Shown one piece after another: positions 56,297 to 64,000 of a stretch of 64,000 nt of DNA. The DNA is taken from positions 1 through 64,000 of the IMG/VR virus record IMGVR_UViG_3300046821_000134; one strand, given 5' to 3'. The notes beneath the pieces are model-generated. The model saw only the letters and a list, made by a program, of their open reading frames with translations. It did not search any database and was not told the DNA's origin. Position numbers and translations under genes: made by a program. The stretch's first letter is position 1, and the number at the start of each line of letters is the position of its first letter. Source of the DNA: a virus.

Positions 56297-57907
56297 TTAC
56301 ACAAGAGGTATTAGCTCCTGACACAATGTTGATAAATGATTCTGAAGAAGAATAACATCGTAGTTTTTATCAGTGTCCATTGCACAGTAGGTGGTCATTC
56401 TACCTCCTGTAGCAGCAGTGCCTGATTGGATGAAATCTGTTGGGGTGTATGAAGCCATAACCCTGTTCTGCACATCGTACCTGAATATCTGGTTCAATGC
56501 CCCAGATGCGTATATGTTGATGTAGAACATACGCCCTTCATTATCGTTTGGCGCAAGGCTTCCACAAGAACCTGTCGTGAGTGCTACAGAGCCGTCGTAG
56601 ACAATCGCACTTGTCCAAGTACCAGTGATAGACCCCGCTATATCAAATACGTCAATACTGGCAGACGATCCCCGGAAGAAGTGCTGGAAGGAGTGTCGTG
56701 AGTTTCTATCAACATCCGGCTGTATTGCATAAGAACTTGCCCACATACCACCCACGGCGTTAGCTGCACCAGCAGCTGCAAAGTAGGTGGTGCTCCACGA
56801 GTTTGCAGGGATGTTGTTTGTCCCGTTGTTGATCGTAGCGTCCATGTAGTTGTAGGTGTAAACGGTAGTAGTGCCGCTTGTTCTCAACAGTATCAGATTA
56901 GGAAGCTCAATAACATATTTAGCAGAGGATGATGGTGTGGTTGTCCATGCAGTGCCAAGTGTATAGACAGGGCTTGGGCCTGCAGTATGGCTCGCAATCA
57001 CCCTACGTTGTCCTACAGCAGCCGGTGTAACAGTGTCCTGAACAATTCGTATCTGGAAGTTACGATACTCATTTGCAGCTACAACAGCATCCCCGAGGGT
57101 GGCCTGCCCTGTGAGAGTACTTGCTGCTGCTGCGGTAGCAACTAAAGCATAGCGGCTAACATGCCCTGCGTCATACAGGAAAGCCCCCTTAATCATGCCC
57201 TCACCGGGCTTCATGTTGTACGGGGTGTATTGCTCATCAAGAACAAGCACTGCAGAGTCTGTTGCAACAGTTGCCGGGAGTCCTGTTGTGCTAAGGCCCG
57301 TGGAAAGAAAGTTGCTGGCAATCTCCAAAGAGCGCCATATGTTAGCTGCAGTGGTTCCAGCCCCAAGCATAAACACTCTACCAGCTACAATCTCATACCT
57401 TGCACCAGTGGCAGGGGTAAACGAGAAAGGGGAATGAATACGAATAGCAGGGGTTGTTCCTCCTGTGTTACCTGTAATGTATCTCTCTTCTGTTTTACCT
57501 GCAACAGTGTCAATGATTCTGATTTTAAAGCCGTAATCACCTGACCCACCACGATTGGCAAGCATATTCACACCAACTGCGGCAGGAAGGGCTGTGGTGA
57601 GTGTCACCTTGTCCGTTGTAGCCCCTGCTGCGATTGTACCAACAAGTCCAAATGATGGCACAAAATCCATTGCTGCTCCAGCGCCAAAGGTTCCAGCAAG
57701 AGCGGGAGATTGCACATAGTTCCAGCTCTTTGTTACGATGTTAAAACGATTCAGCACTGTTGCAGACACAAGCTGATACACCAGAGGGTGCCTCGAGATG
57801 TCTGAACGTTCATCAGAGCATAAACACATCCCTGCAGCATGTGCGTTGGGGGCAGGGGCTACTTGAACCCATTCGTTTCTGTCCAAGCATTTTTTAAACA
57901 AATTCAA
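56297..57907 (-). CDS. large beta-rich virion/fibre-like protein
   Basis: TTG start after GAGGAG; T/A/G-rich; two internal repeats (IRI....G..R.I...T.G). Confidence 0.7.
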   Translation of the reverse strand: MNLFKKCLDRNEWVQVAPAPNAHAAGMCLCSDERSDISRHPLVYQLVSATVLNRFNIVTKSWNYVQSPALAGTFGAGAAMDFVPSFGLVGTIAAGATTDKVTLTTALPAAVGVNMLANRGGSGDYGFKIRIIDTVAGKTEERYITGNTGGTTPAIRIHSPFSFTPATGARYEIVAGRVFMLGAGTTAANIWRSLEIASNFLSTGLSTTGLPATVATDSAVLVLDEQYTPYNMKPGEGMIKGAFLYDAGHVSRYALVATAAAASTLTGQATLGDAVVAANEYRNFQIRIVQDTVTPAAVGQRRVIASHTAGPSPVYTLGTAWTTTPSSSAKYVIELPNLILLRTSGTTTVYTYNYMDATINNGTNNIPANSWSTTYFAAAGAANAVGGMWASSYAIQPDVDRNSRHSFQHFFRGSSASIDVFDIAGSITGTWTSAIVYDGSVALTTGSCGSLAPNDNEGRMFYINIYASGALNQIFRYDVQNRVMASYTPTDFIQSGTAATGGRMTTYCAMDTDKNYDVILLQNHLSTLCQELIPLV

Positions 57908-58607
57908 GGTTACTCTCCTCTAACTTTTCAATGCGTTCAAAAACGTATCCATGAATGGATTTATCAGCCTTTCTGAATGCATAATATATACTCATCAGGT
58001 TTATGTTGAGGCTAATTGCCGCGTGTTTTACAGATTCGTAGAGCGTATTGTTTGTCAAACAAAGAACCTTGCATGTCGACCGGTTAGCTGCCATCTTGGA
58101 TTTACTCTCGTCGGAGTGTTTTTTACCTCTGTTCGCATCCCCTATCCTGCGCTTGTGTTCCTCAGACAACTTTACCCCTGTGTGTACCTCGCTCAACTTC
58201 TTTCTGGTTTCATCGCTGGCCTTTTTGCCTAAGTTTGCTTGCCTAAGCCGCTCTCGTGTCTCGTCGGAGATAACCCGCTCCTTAACGGCCTTACTTATTT
58301 TAGCTTTCGCCTCTTCACTCATTGAAACGCCAAGCCTGCTGCCCGCTACGCTACAAATATTATACTCAGGTTTTAGTGTGTCTATATAGAATTGCTCAAC
58401 TCTTATGAGGTCTTCCTCTTGCACATATTCCAAAACATTAAATACAAAATTTTCTATGCCGTATTTTCTCATGGCACACTGCATGTGAGGGTTACTTCTC
58501 CTCCCGCTAAAGTGATTAGCCATACGTGTTTTTAAATCCTTAGAACTTCCGACATATCTCTTATTGTTGATTAGGTTCACAATCTCGTAAACTCCACAAT
58601 TTCCCAT
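57894..58607 (-). CDS. free-standing GIY-YIG homing endonuclease with NUMOD3 repeats
   Basis: GVYEI.N..N.K.YVGSS....R...H, EQ..I....PEYN; repeated S.E.K.KIS/LS. Confidence 0.92.
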   Translation of the reverse strand: MGNCGVYEIVNLINNKRYVGSSKDLKTRMANHFSGRRSNPHMQCAMRKYGIENFVFNVLEYVQEEDLIRVEQFYIDTLKPEYNICSVAGSRLGVSMSEEAKAKISKAVKERVISDETRERLRQANLGKKASDETRKKLSEVHTGVKLSEEHKRRIGDANRGKKHSDESKSKMAANRSTCKVLCLTNNTLYESVKHAAISLNINLMSIYYAFRKADKSIHGYVFERIEKLEESNLEFV

Positions 58608-58906
58608 TACGAAATCCTCGCTCTACACGTAAGAGCCCACGATGTGCGGTTGATAGGGTTAATCCACATAGAGGCGTCACGCCCTGCAATCTGTCCGATA
58701 TTACCCACTGTGGTGACTGTTGTTACCGTTGTAACAGATGCCAATGTTGGAAGGTTTTCGATAGAGGCAGTGACCCGCTGCCGAGCTGATGTTTTATCGT
58801 ATCCCCTCGGAGACATCAGCAGGGCCACAATTCGCCGCAGAAGGCTCGTCTGCTCTATGGCAGTGTCTTCTGTCGCTATTTCTTCAAACGCGTTTCTCAG
58901 GGTCAT
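58607..58906 (-). CDS. small virion-associated protein
   Basis: TL..VTTVTTVTTV repeat; packed operon. Confidence 0.7.
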   Translation of the reverse strand: MTLRNAFEEIATEDTAIEQTSLLRRIVALLMSPRGYDKTSARQRVTASIENLPTLASVTTVTTVTTVGNIGQIAGRDASMWINPINRTSWALTCRARIS

Positions 58907-59121
58907 AGTCCGTCCTCAAACCAAAAGGTGAATCCATCATTGGGAAGTCCTGTCTGTATCCATATGTAAGGGGCTGCTGCAACAGGGGCACTAGCTTGCA
59001 CAAACACCTGTTGTGTCCCACCTCCCCCGCCAGCAGGTACCGTAGACGCATCAAGTGTGTCTCCTGCGGGGATTTCTTGCGTTGTCCCGTTGACAACTAC
59101 TAACGGCCTACGTGTAGCCAT
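58903..59121 (-). CDS. small virion-associated protein
   Basis: MATRRPLV...G...EIP.GDTL; Gly linker; P.IWIQT module. Confidence 0.7.
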   Translation of the reverse strand: MATRRPLVVVNGTTQEIPAGDTLDASTVPAGGGGGTQQVFVQASAPVAAAPYIWIQTGLPNDGFTFWFEDGL

Positions 59122-59124
59122 GTC

Positions 59125-59730
59125 TTAAGCCAGAATAACAGGGGGTTGCGACTGGAAGTTCATCGCTGTAGCACTGATGGCAAAGCCTACACGCTGCACT
59201 GAATTACCTGTTGAGCTGGGTGCTGTTGACGTGCAACGACCCGCTGTTGCGCTCAACCACTGAGGGCCGGGAGTGAGGCCAGACAGTTGAGTGTTTGTAC
59301 CTTCAAAATAAACAGTGCCGGATGCAGCAGAGGCAACACCAGCCAGTACAAAACCATGAGCTTCCTTGCCTGCTGTGGTGGCATCTGCCTTACGAATCTT
59401 TGCCACACCACCATCATTCCACACATTGACGAAATCCCCGGCAACGAGGTTCTCCGAGGCTACGATGGATGCTGTATCTGCACCAATACCTACAGGCATG
59501 AACGTCACATCCAGCTTACCTGCAGCGTCAAGCATTGCCAACTTGCCTGCATCGCCAGCCCCTGCGGAGGTGTTCTTTGCGTTAGTGATAGTTGCATCAA
59601 GAACCCCCGATGCGTTCAGGGCAGGAACTTTCTGAGCATCCCCTGCTCCTGCAGATGTTGTAAGAGCGGCTTCCTCAGTAAGAGTGCCTGCGTTGTTCTT
59701 GATAAATTTTGTCGTAGAAGCCGTACCCAT
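59125..59730 (-). CDS. capsid-fibre/cement-like protein
   Basis: Duplicated TSAGAGDA.K...L.A.G.LD; C-terminal ASE.L.AGD.V...LTPG...VG.A.SAT. Confidence 0.65.
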   Translation of the reverse strand: MGTASTTKFIKNNAGTLTEEAALTTSAGAGDAQKVPALNASGVLDATITNAKNTSAGAGDAGKLAMLDAAGKLDVTFMPVGIGADTASIVASENLVAGDFVNVWNDGGVAKIRKADATTAGKEAHGFVLAGVASAASGTVYFEGTNTQLSGLTPGPQWLSATAGRCTSTAPSSTGNSVQRVGFAISATAMNFQSQPPVILA

Positions 59731-59739
59731 GATAATCCT

Positions 59740-60234
59740 TTAACTTAAGATAAGCGGTGGTTGTATATTCACTCTGATGCTTGTTGCCGTAAGGGCACAG
59801 CCAATGACAACGAGAAATGCTGGTGCTGCTGGAGGAACTTGCGTCAGAAGCCCGTTTGCCCCTAAGAATACAAGCCCGTCTGGTGTAAAGCTCCAAGAGG
59901 GCTCTGTGATGGTGCCTTGGCGAACAAACTGGATGTTAGCTCCGTTAATGGCTGCGCCTGTTGTCACACCAAGAACTGAATTGGCTTTAGAAAGCGCTGT
60001 ATTATCTGCATAGATTGCACCAGACAACCCTTGTTGGCAAACCACCCTATGTCCACCAATATCTTCAAGGGCTGTTGCGTTTCCTGTGGCCCCTGCTCCG
60101 GGTGGCCCCTGCATAGCTGGCACGCTGAGGATAAGAGGAGCTTGGGTTGATGTGTTTATTGTGATGTTTGGTGCTGCAGGAATCGTTACTTGATATACCC
60201 CTGCATCCACTGGTGTGACGATGTAATCCGCCAT
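59740..60234 (-). CDS. capsid-fibre/cement-like protein, paralogue of 59125..59730
   Basis: QGPPG collagen-like motif; A.E.IGGHRVV; W.FTP...VFLG..G.LTQ.PP. Confidence 0.65.
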   Translation of the reverse strand: MADYIVTPVDAGVYQVTIPAAPNITINTSTQAPLILSVPAMQGPPGAGATGNATALEDIGGHRVVCQQGLSGAIYADNTALSKANSVLGVTTGAAINGANIQFVRQGTITEPSWSFTPDGLVFLGANGLLTQVPPAAPAFLVVIGCALTATSIRVNIQPPLILS

Positions 60235-60235
60235 G

Positions 60236-60601
60236 TTAAGCCCCGAACGAAACTGTTACAGCCCCGTTAAATACCCGCCATGTGTCCCCATTAGCCCACG
60301 TCACCTTGATTGTGTAGAATCCTGTCTTCCAAACGATAGGGGAGGTGTTCTCGTCTGTGATTTTCACTTCCACCCACCCATCTGCAAGCAACGTAGCTGT
60401 TGCTGTAGGAGAAGCACCCTTAGTAGTGATTAGCACGCTTGCAGTGGGAGACTGTTTATCTGTGATAGAGAATTCAGCGCTACAGCCAGTGAAGTCAACA
60501 GGTGTTCCGGGAGCTGTGCCTGTAAGCATTTGAAACTTGAACGTCCAGCTTTGTCCAGTGTAAATCACCACGTTCTGTGTTGCGGGGGATGGTTCATTCA
60601 T
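60236..60601 (-). CDS. BppU-N-like Ig-fold adaptor protein
   Basis: I..G.SW...F......PVDFTG.SA...I; G.V.V.IT...T......G.Y.I.V...G...R...G.V.V. Confidence 0.65.
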   Translation of the reverse strand: MNEPSPATQNVVIYTGQSWTFKFQMLTGTAPGTPVDFTGCSAEFSITDKQSPTASVLITTKGASPTATATLLADGWVEVKITDENTSPIVWKTGFYTIKVTWANGDTWRVFNGAVTVSFGA

Positions 60602-60866
60602 CTGATAATCCTCTAATCCGTGCTTCAGCTTCCATCAGGGCAATACGCTCAACTTCCTGATTGTGACGTTTTAGCTCTCGCAGGGAAGCTGCGTCTTGTT
60701 TTCGTCTATCTGCTTGCGATTGCTTATCTCGCCAGACGCTCCATACAAAGCCGCCTATCGTAATCAATAAGCCAACAATTGCAACCATCATCTCGGGGGA
60801 GACAAGGGCTATGCCTGCTCCTGTGATGGTTACGCTATTCTCCGCTAATCTTTCTCTGACGTTCAT
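60594..60866 (-). CDS. putative holin
   Basis: Small protein with TM segment and highly charged C-terminus; GAGGA RBS before MNVRER. Confidence 0.6.
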   Translation of the reverse strand: MNVRERLAENSVTITGAGIALVSPEMMVAIVGLLITIGGFVWSVWRDKQSQADRRKQDAASLRELKRHNQEVERIALMEAEARIRGLSDE

Positions 60867-60992
60867 GGCTTTCCTCAAGACATTAAATGGGTTGTGTAAA
60901 AATTGTTCAAGGGCGTTCTTCCCATTCAAGTCGGAAGATTCCAGTGGCAGTGCAGTTTCATAGCACTTCCTTAGTATTTGTCTATATGTACT

Positions 60993-61062
60993 ATTATACC
61001 ATGAGAATTGTTGAAAGTCAATAGTGTTTGTTGTTGATTTTTGTATGGGTGGATGTTATACT
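60993..61062. promoter_or_regulatory. divergent sigma70 promoter pair
   Basis: - strand TTGACT-17-TATAAT (61021-60993); + strand TTGATT-17-TATACT (61034-61062); both have an extended TGn. Confidence 0.75.
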
Positions 61063-61288
61063 ATAAAAGTAGATACCAAGATTCCGAGAATCTATGCCAG
61101 ATTGTTAGCATGTCTTAAGCATAAAAAAGAGGAGAATATCTCGTCTAAATTCCTCTGTAAGCCTTGGTGGGCAAGGGAAGTGTTCCTTTTCACGGTTCAC
61201 TATCCTTGTATAGGGTATAGTAGTGTAGTCTATAAGGTATGGTAGTATCTATAAGTATCTCTATAATAATTAAGAGAAGGAGAGGGAA

Positions 61289-62590
61289 TTGATTAAAGAT
61301 TTGTTGGCTATGGAGGAGGGTGAAAGACAAGATGTGTCTATGTCTACAACCCACTTCAATCTGCACTACCACAAAGCAAGAGCGTATACGCACATACACA
61401 GCACTCTCTCTTCTTTGTCTGCAGGATGTAATGAATTATGGTGTTTGATAACTAACACAGCCCGAGCGTTGAAGTACGGAGCTAAGGGTATGAAGATACC
61501 AAGACACTTCAGCCCATACAAAGGCAATCCTCGCCAGCTTAGTCATAAAAGAATGGTGTTGCTTTTAGATAAGATGGTGGAGAATGGATACCTTGTCTTC
61601 TATCGTGGTGGGCTGTTGAAGATGAGTGAAGAACAAAGGCTTCTCTCTATCTACATGTTCACGGATAAATACCTATCGCTCTGGCAAGACGTGGACGTAA
61701 GCAAAGAAAAGAATGAATATAACTTCATTCAGGTGAGGGATAGACTTACACAGGAGCACAAGACCACAAAAGGTATTAAAGGTGCAGAGCAGATGCGTAT
61801 GTTTATGGAGCAGTACAACACGCTGCTTGAGAACACCAGTCTAGCTGTGGATGGTAAAGCACTCCCTATTCAACAATACGCAAGAATCTTCACGGACAGT
61901 GTTGACAAAGGGGGTCGCTACTACAACACAACAGGCGGGATTCAAGTTGTGCCAAGCCGATTACGGAGCTACGTGGAGATCAACAAGGAGAGAGTGGTTG
62001 AGCTTGACTTCTGCGCGCTTCATCCTAACATTTTGTATGAACGTGTTGAAAGAGAAACAGGGATTGTGGTTGATATTGATGACCCTTACAGTGTTGACAT
62101 CTCGTCGCTGTTCGCTGAAGACAGTACCATCTGTACAGGAAAACATAACCCGGCCAGAGTGCTCGTCAAACAAGTGTTCCTAAAAGGGCTTAACGCCAAG
62201 GATATACGCAGCGCAGCAGGCTCTGTTACAGAGAGTTGGTACGAGGAGTACAAGAAAGGAAAAGACGGAGCATTCTATGGCCTGTCTCCGCAGGGGACAT
62301 CAGGCACGTTTCCTGCTAAAGCATTGTGCGAACTTGTTGCTAATGCACACCCATTAATCAAAGATGCTTTCTTTTCTGACTGTGGGCTATTGCTTCAAAG
62401 GATAGATAGTGATATAATAACACTTGTGTTGAAAAACTTTATGGACATCGGTGTGTGTGCATTAAGCTGGCACGACAGCGTAGTTGTTCCAGCGAAGTAT
62501 AAAGAAATGTTACACGCACAGATGGTGTTGGCCTACACAACCGTTATTGGAAGTGGTGGTAGGTGCAAGATTGATACGAAGGAGAGCTAA
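61289..62590 (+). CDS. Pol A / T7-RNAP-fold polymerase-like protein of unknown function
   Basis: KGGRYY, VELDFCALHP.ILY (motif A-like), R..VK (motif B-like), LQ..DS.I, WHDSVVV (motif C-like). Confidence 0.65.
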   Translation: MIKDLLAMEEGERQDVSMSTTHFNLHYHKARAYTHIHSTLSSLSAGCNELWCLITNTARALKYGAKGMKIPRHFSPYKGNPRQLSHKRMVLLLDKMVENGYLVFYRGGLLKMSEEQRLLSIYMFTDKYLSLWQDVDVSKEKNEYNFIQVRDRLTQEHKTTKGIKGAEQMRMFMEQYNTLLENTSLAVDGKALPIQQYARIFTDSVDKGGRYYNTTGGIQVVPSRLRSYVEINKERVVELDFCALHPNILYERVERETGIVVDIDDPYSVDISSLFAEDSTICTGKHNPARVLVKQVFLKGLNAKDIRSAAGSVTESWYEEYKKGKDGAFYGLSPQGTSGTFPAKALCELVANAHPLIKDAFFSDCGLLLQRIDSDIITLVLKNFMDIGVCALSWHDSVVVPAKYKEMLHAQMVLAYTTVIGSGGRCKIDTKES

Positions 62591-62591
62591 G

Positions 62592-62816
62592 ATGGTGTAT
62601 GCCAGAGAAGACGGGTGGACGCTCGTTGCACAATCCCACACTTGGGACGATGGCTTCCGTGAAATTGAGATGAAAGGAAAGGAGCTTCGCATAACAAAGA
62701 TACAAAGTATTGAGGAAGGGGAAATGGAGTTGGATTACCAAGGAAACATTCTCCACATCCCCGTTGAAAAACTAATGTTCGACAACAGGGATTTAGTCAG
62801 CTCAAGTAAATATTAA
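62592..62816 (+). CDS. hypothetical protein
   Basis: GGAG RBS before MVYARED. Confidence 0.6.
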   Translation: MVYAREDGWTLVAQSHTWDDGFREIEMKGKELRITKIQSIEEGEMELDYQGNILHIPVEKLMFDNRDLVSSSKY

Positions 62817-62956
62817 ACAAACAGCTTTATCCCCGTCTACAATCGATTTAAATCATTTCAAGGTAGGGGTATAGCCACACCTCTAATTAAATCGCTAATT
62901 GCCAATGATTACATGGCTTCTTGCCCTATCCACACACATGAAAGGAACCCTCCTAA

Positions 62957-63274
62957 ATGAAACTTCTGCTTTCTGCTCTAATTTCTCTCTTTTCCCTCTC
63001 TGCCAATGCCCTCACATTCCAAGATGTTGAGATTGGTGATGTGAAGCTGGTGGCCTTCCTTGGTGACACATCTCTGTTCATTTCCAATGAAGAATGTTCC
63101 CTTGCTGATAAGGTTGTTAGTGATGCTTCCCTGTACATCTTCCACAAAGAGCAGCACAAGAAGGGTTGTGTAGTGCTGAAAGAAGATGTCCCCTACGCCG
63201 TGTTCTATGAACAAGAGCAATACTCTGTGTTCAAGATTAACATGGAGATTTTCACACGCTTTGTAGAGCTTTAG
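62957..63274 (+). CDS. secreted hypothetical protein
   Basis: Signal peptide MKLLLSALISLFSLSANA. Confidence 0.7.
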   Translation: MKLLLSALISLFSLSANALTFQDVEIGDVKLVAFLGDTSLFISNEECSLADKVVSDASLYIFHKEQHKKGCVVLKEDVPYAVFYEQEQYSVFKINMEIFTRFVEL

Positions 63275-63328
63275 GATTGACTTATCAAGCGTTCTGATGT
63301 ATAATGTTGTTATGGAAGTGAGGAAACT

Positions 63329-63511
63329 ATGAACTATGTAATTAACGCTGTAGAAGGGTTTTTCCTGTTTGTGCTAGTGCTGCTCTCAGGGATTGTGTTT
63401 GCTGTACAGGCAGCGATTGCCATTGTGTTCTACGCCATCTCTGTTGGAATTGCCTATCTGGCGTTTGGTGTAGCGTTTGGTTGTCACAAGCTGAAGAGTT
63501 TGTTTAGCTAA
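63329..63511 (+). CDS. small membrane protein
   Basis: Hydrophobic; promoter TTGACT-17-TATAAT at 63277-63305. Confidence 0.65.
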   Translation: MNYVINAVEGFFLFVLVLLSGIVFAVQAAIAIVFYAISVGIAYLAFGVAFGCHKLKSLFS

Positions 63512-63520
63512 GGAGAATGT

Positions 63521-64000
63521 ATGGAAGACATTTCTAAAGAAATGCCAACAGAAGAGCAGCGTAATGAAGCTGTAGAAGAATTCATCTCTGAGGATGAGCT
63601 TCTAAAGACAGAGAACAAGGAACCCACAATTACAGAGCGTAAGCGTTGGGCTGACATCCAAGAAAAGAAGGAGATGATGAAAGGGGTGAGGGGGCCTCTT
63701 GGATTCTCTGAGATTCAATTCAAGGAACAGAAGGATATGCTCATCCCTTGGCTTGGGCGGGATATCCGTGCAAAGCTGTGTGATAGTGTAGAAGCCAAGA
63801 ATGTGTTACGTGAGTGGTGGGTGAAAGATTGCATCCTTATTGCAGAGCCTGACATCGTGCGTTTCACACATGCCTTGATGCACAGCTTCGCCCGTGGCTA
63901 CTACTACTGTGGAAACTGGCGCAATGAATTGCCGTTCATGCACGGCCCATTGATGTGCTGCACGTTGTTCTCATTCGAGCGTCGTCCTCCTAAGCTCTCC
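63521..64000 (+). CDS. hypothetical protein (runs off right edge)
   Basis: AAGGAG RBS; MEDISKEMPTEEQRN...; open to window end. Confidence 0.7.
   Translation, partial: MEDISKEMPTEEQRNEAVEEFISEDELLKTENKEPTITERKRWADIQEKKEMMKGVRGPLGFSEIQFKEQKDMLIPWLGRDIRAKLCDSVEAKNVLREWWVKDCILIAEPDIVRFTHALMHSFARGYYYCGNWRNELPFMHGPLMCCTLFSFERRPPKLS

Noticed and set aside
1-64000. CRISPR array, diversity-generating retroelement, retron, integrase or repressor
   Set aside because: No regularly spaced repeats, no reverse transcriptase motifs, no TR/VR pair and no recombinase motifs were seen

Overview
A 64-kb segment of a tailed dsDNA phage with a lambda-like non-contractile tail (siphovirus morphology). The host is Gram-negative, as shown by Rz/Rz1 spanins, a SAR-type endolysin and sigma70 promoters. 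No integrase or repressor is seen in the window. Left arm (- strand, 1-15.9 kb): small accessory genes, thyX, a class II ribonucleotide reductase split by a 275-nt group I intron, and a T7-like primase-helicase. Middle (+ strand, 16.5-28.9 kb): family A DNA polymerase, SSB, exonuclease, several HNH nucleases and nucleotide-metabolism genes. Right (- strand, 28.9-61 kb): tail, head, intein-containing terminase, lysis genes and an extra virion-fibre-like cassette. A + strand module follows, starting with a small Pol A/T7-RNAP-fold protein. The most unusual signals are non-coding: (i) a ~570-nt promoter-to-terminator, ORF-free, highly base-paired RNA between the candidate terS and terL, with anti-Shine-Dalgarno loops and an ACCA-ended stem; (ii) a second ~370-nt doubly pseudoknotted RNA next to an AT-rich origin-like region; (iii) a T4 gene-32-type pseudoknot leader in front of the SSB gene. 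All functional calls come from motif recognition by eye; no database searches were run.
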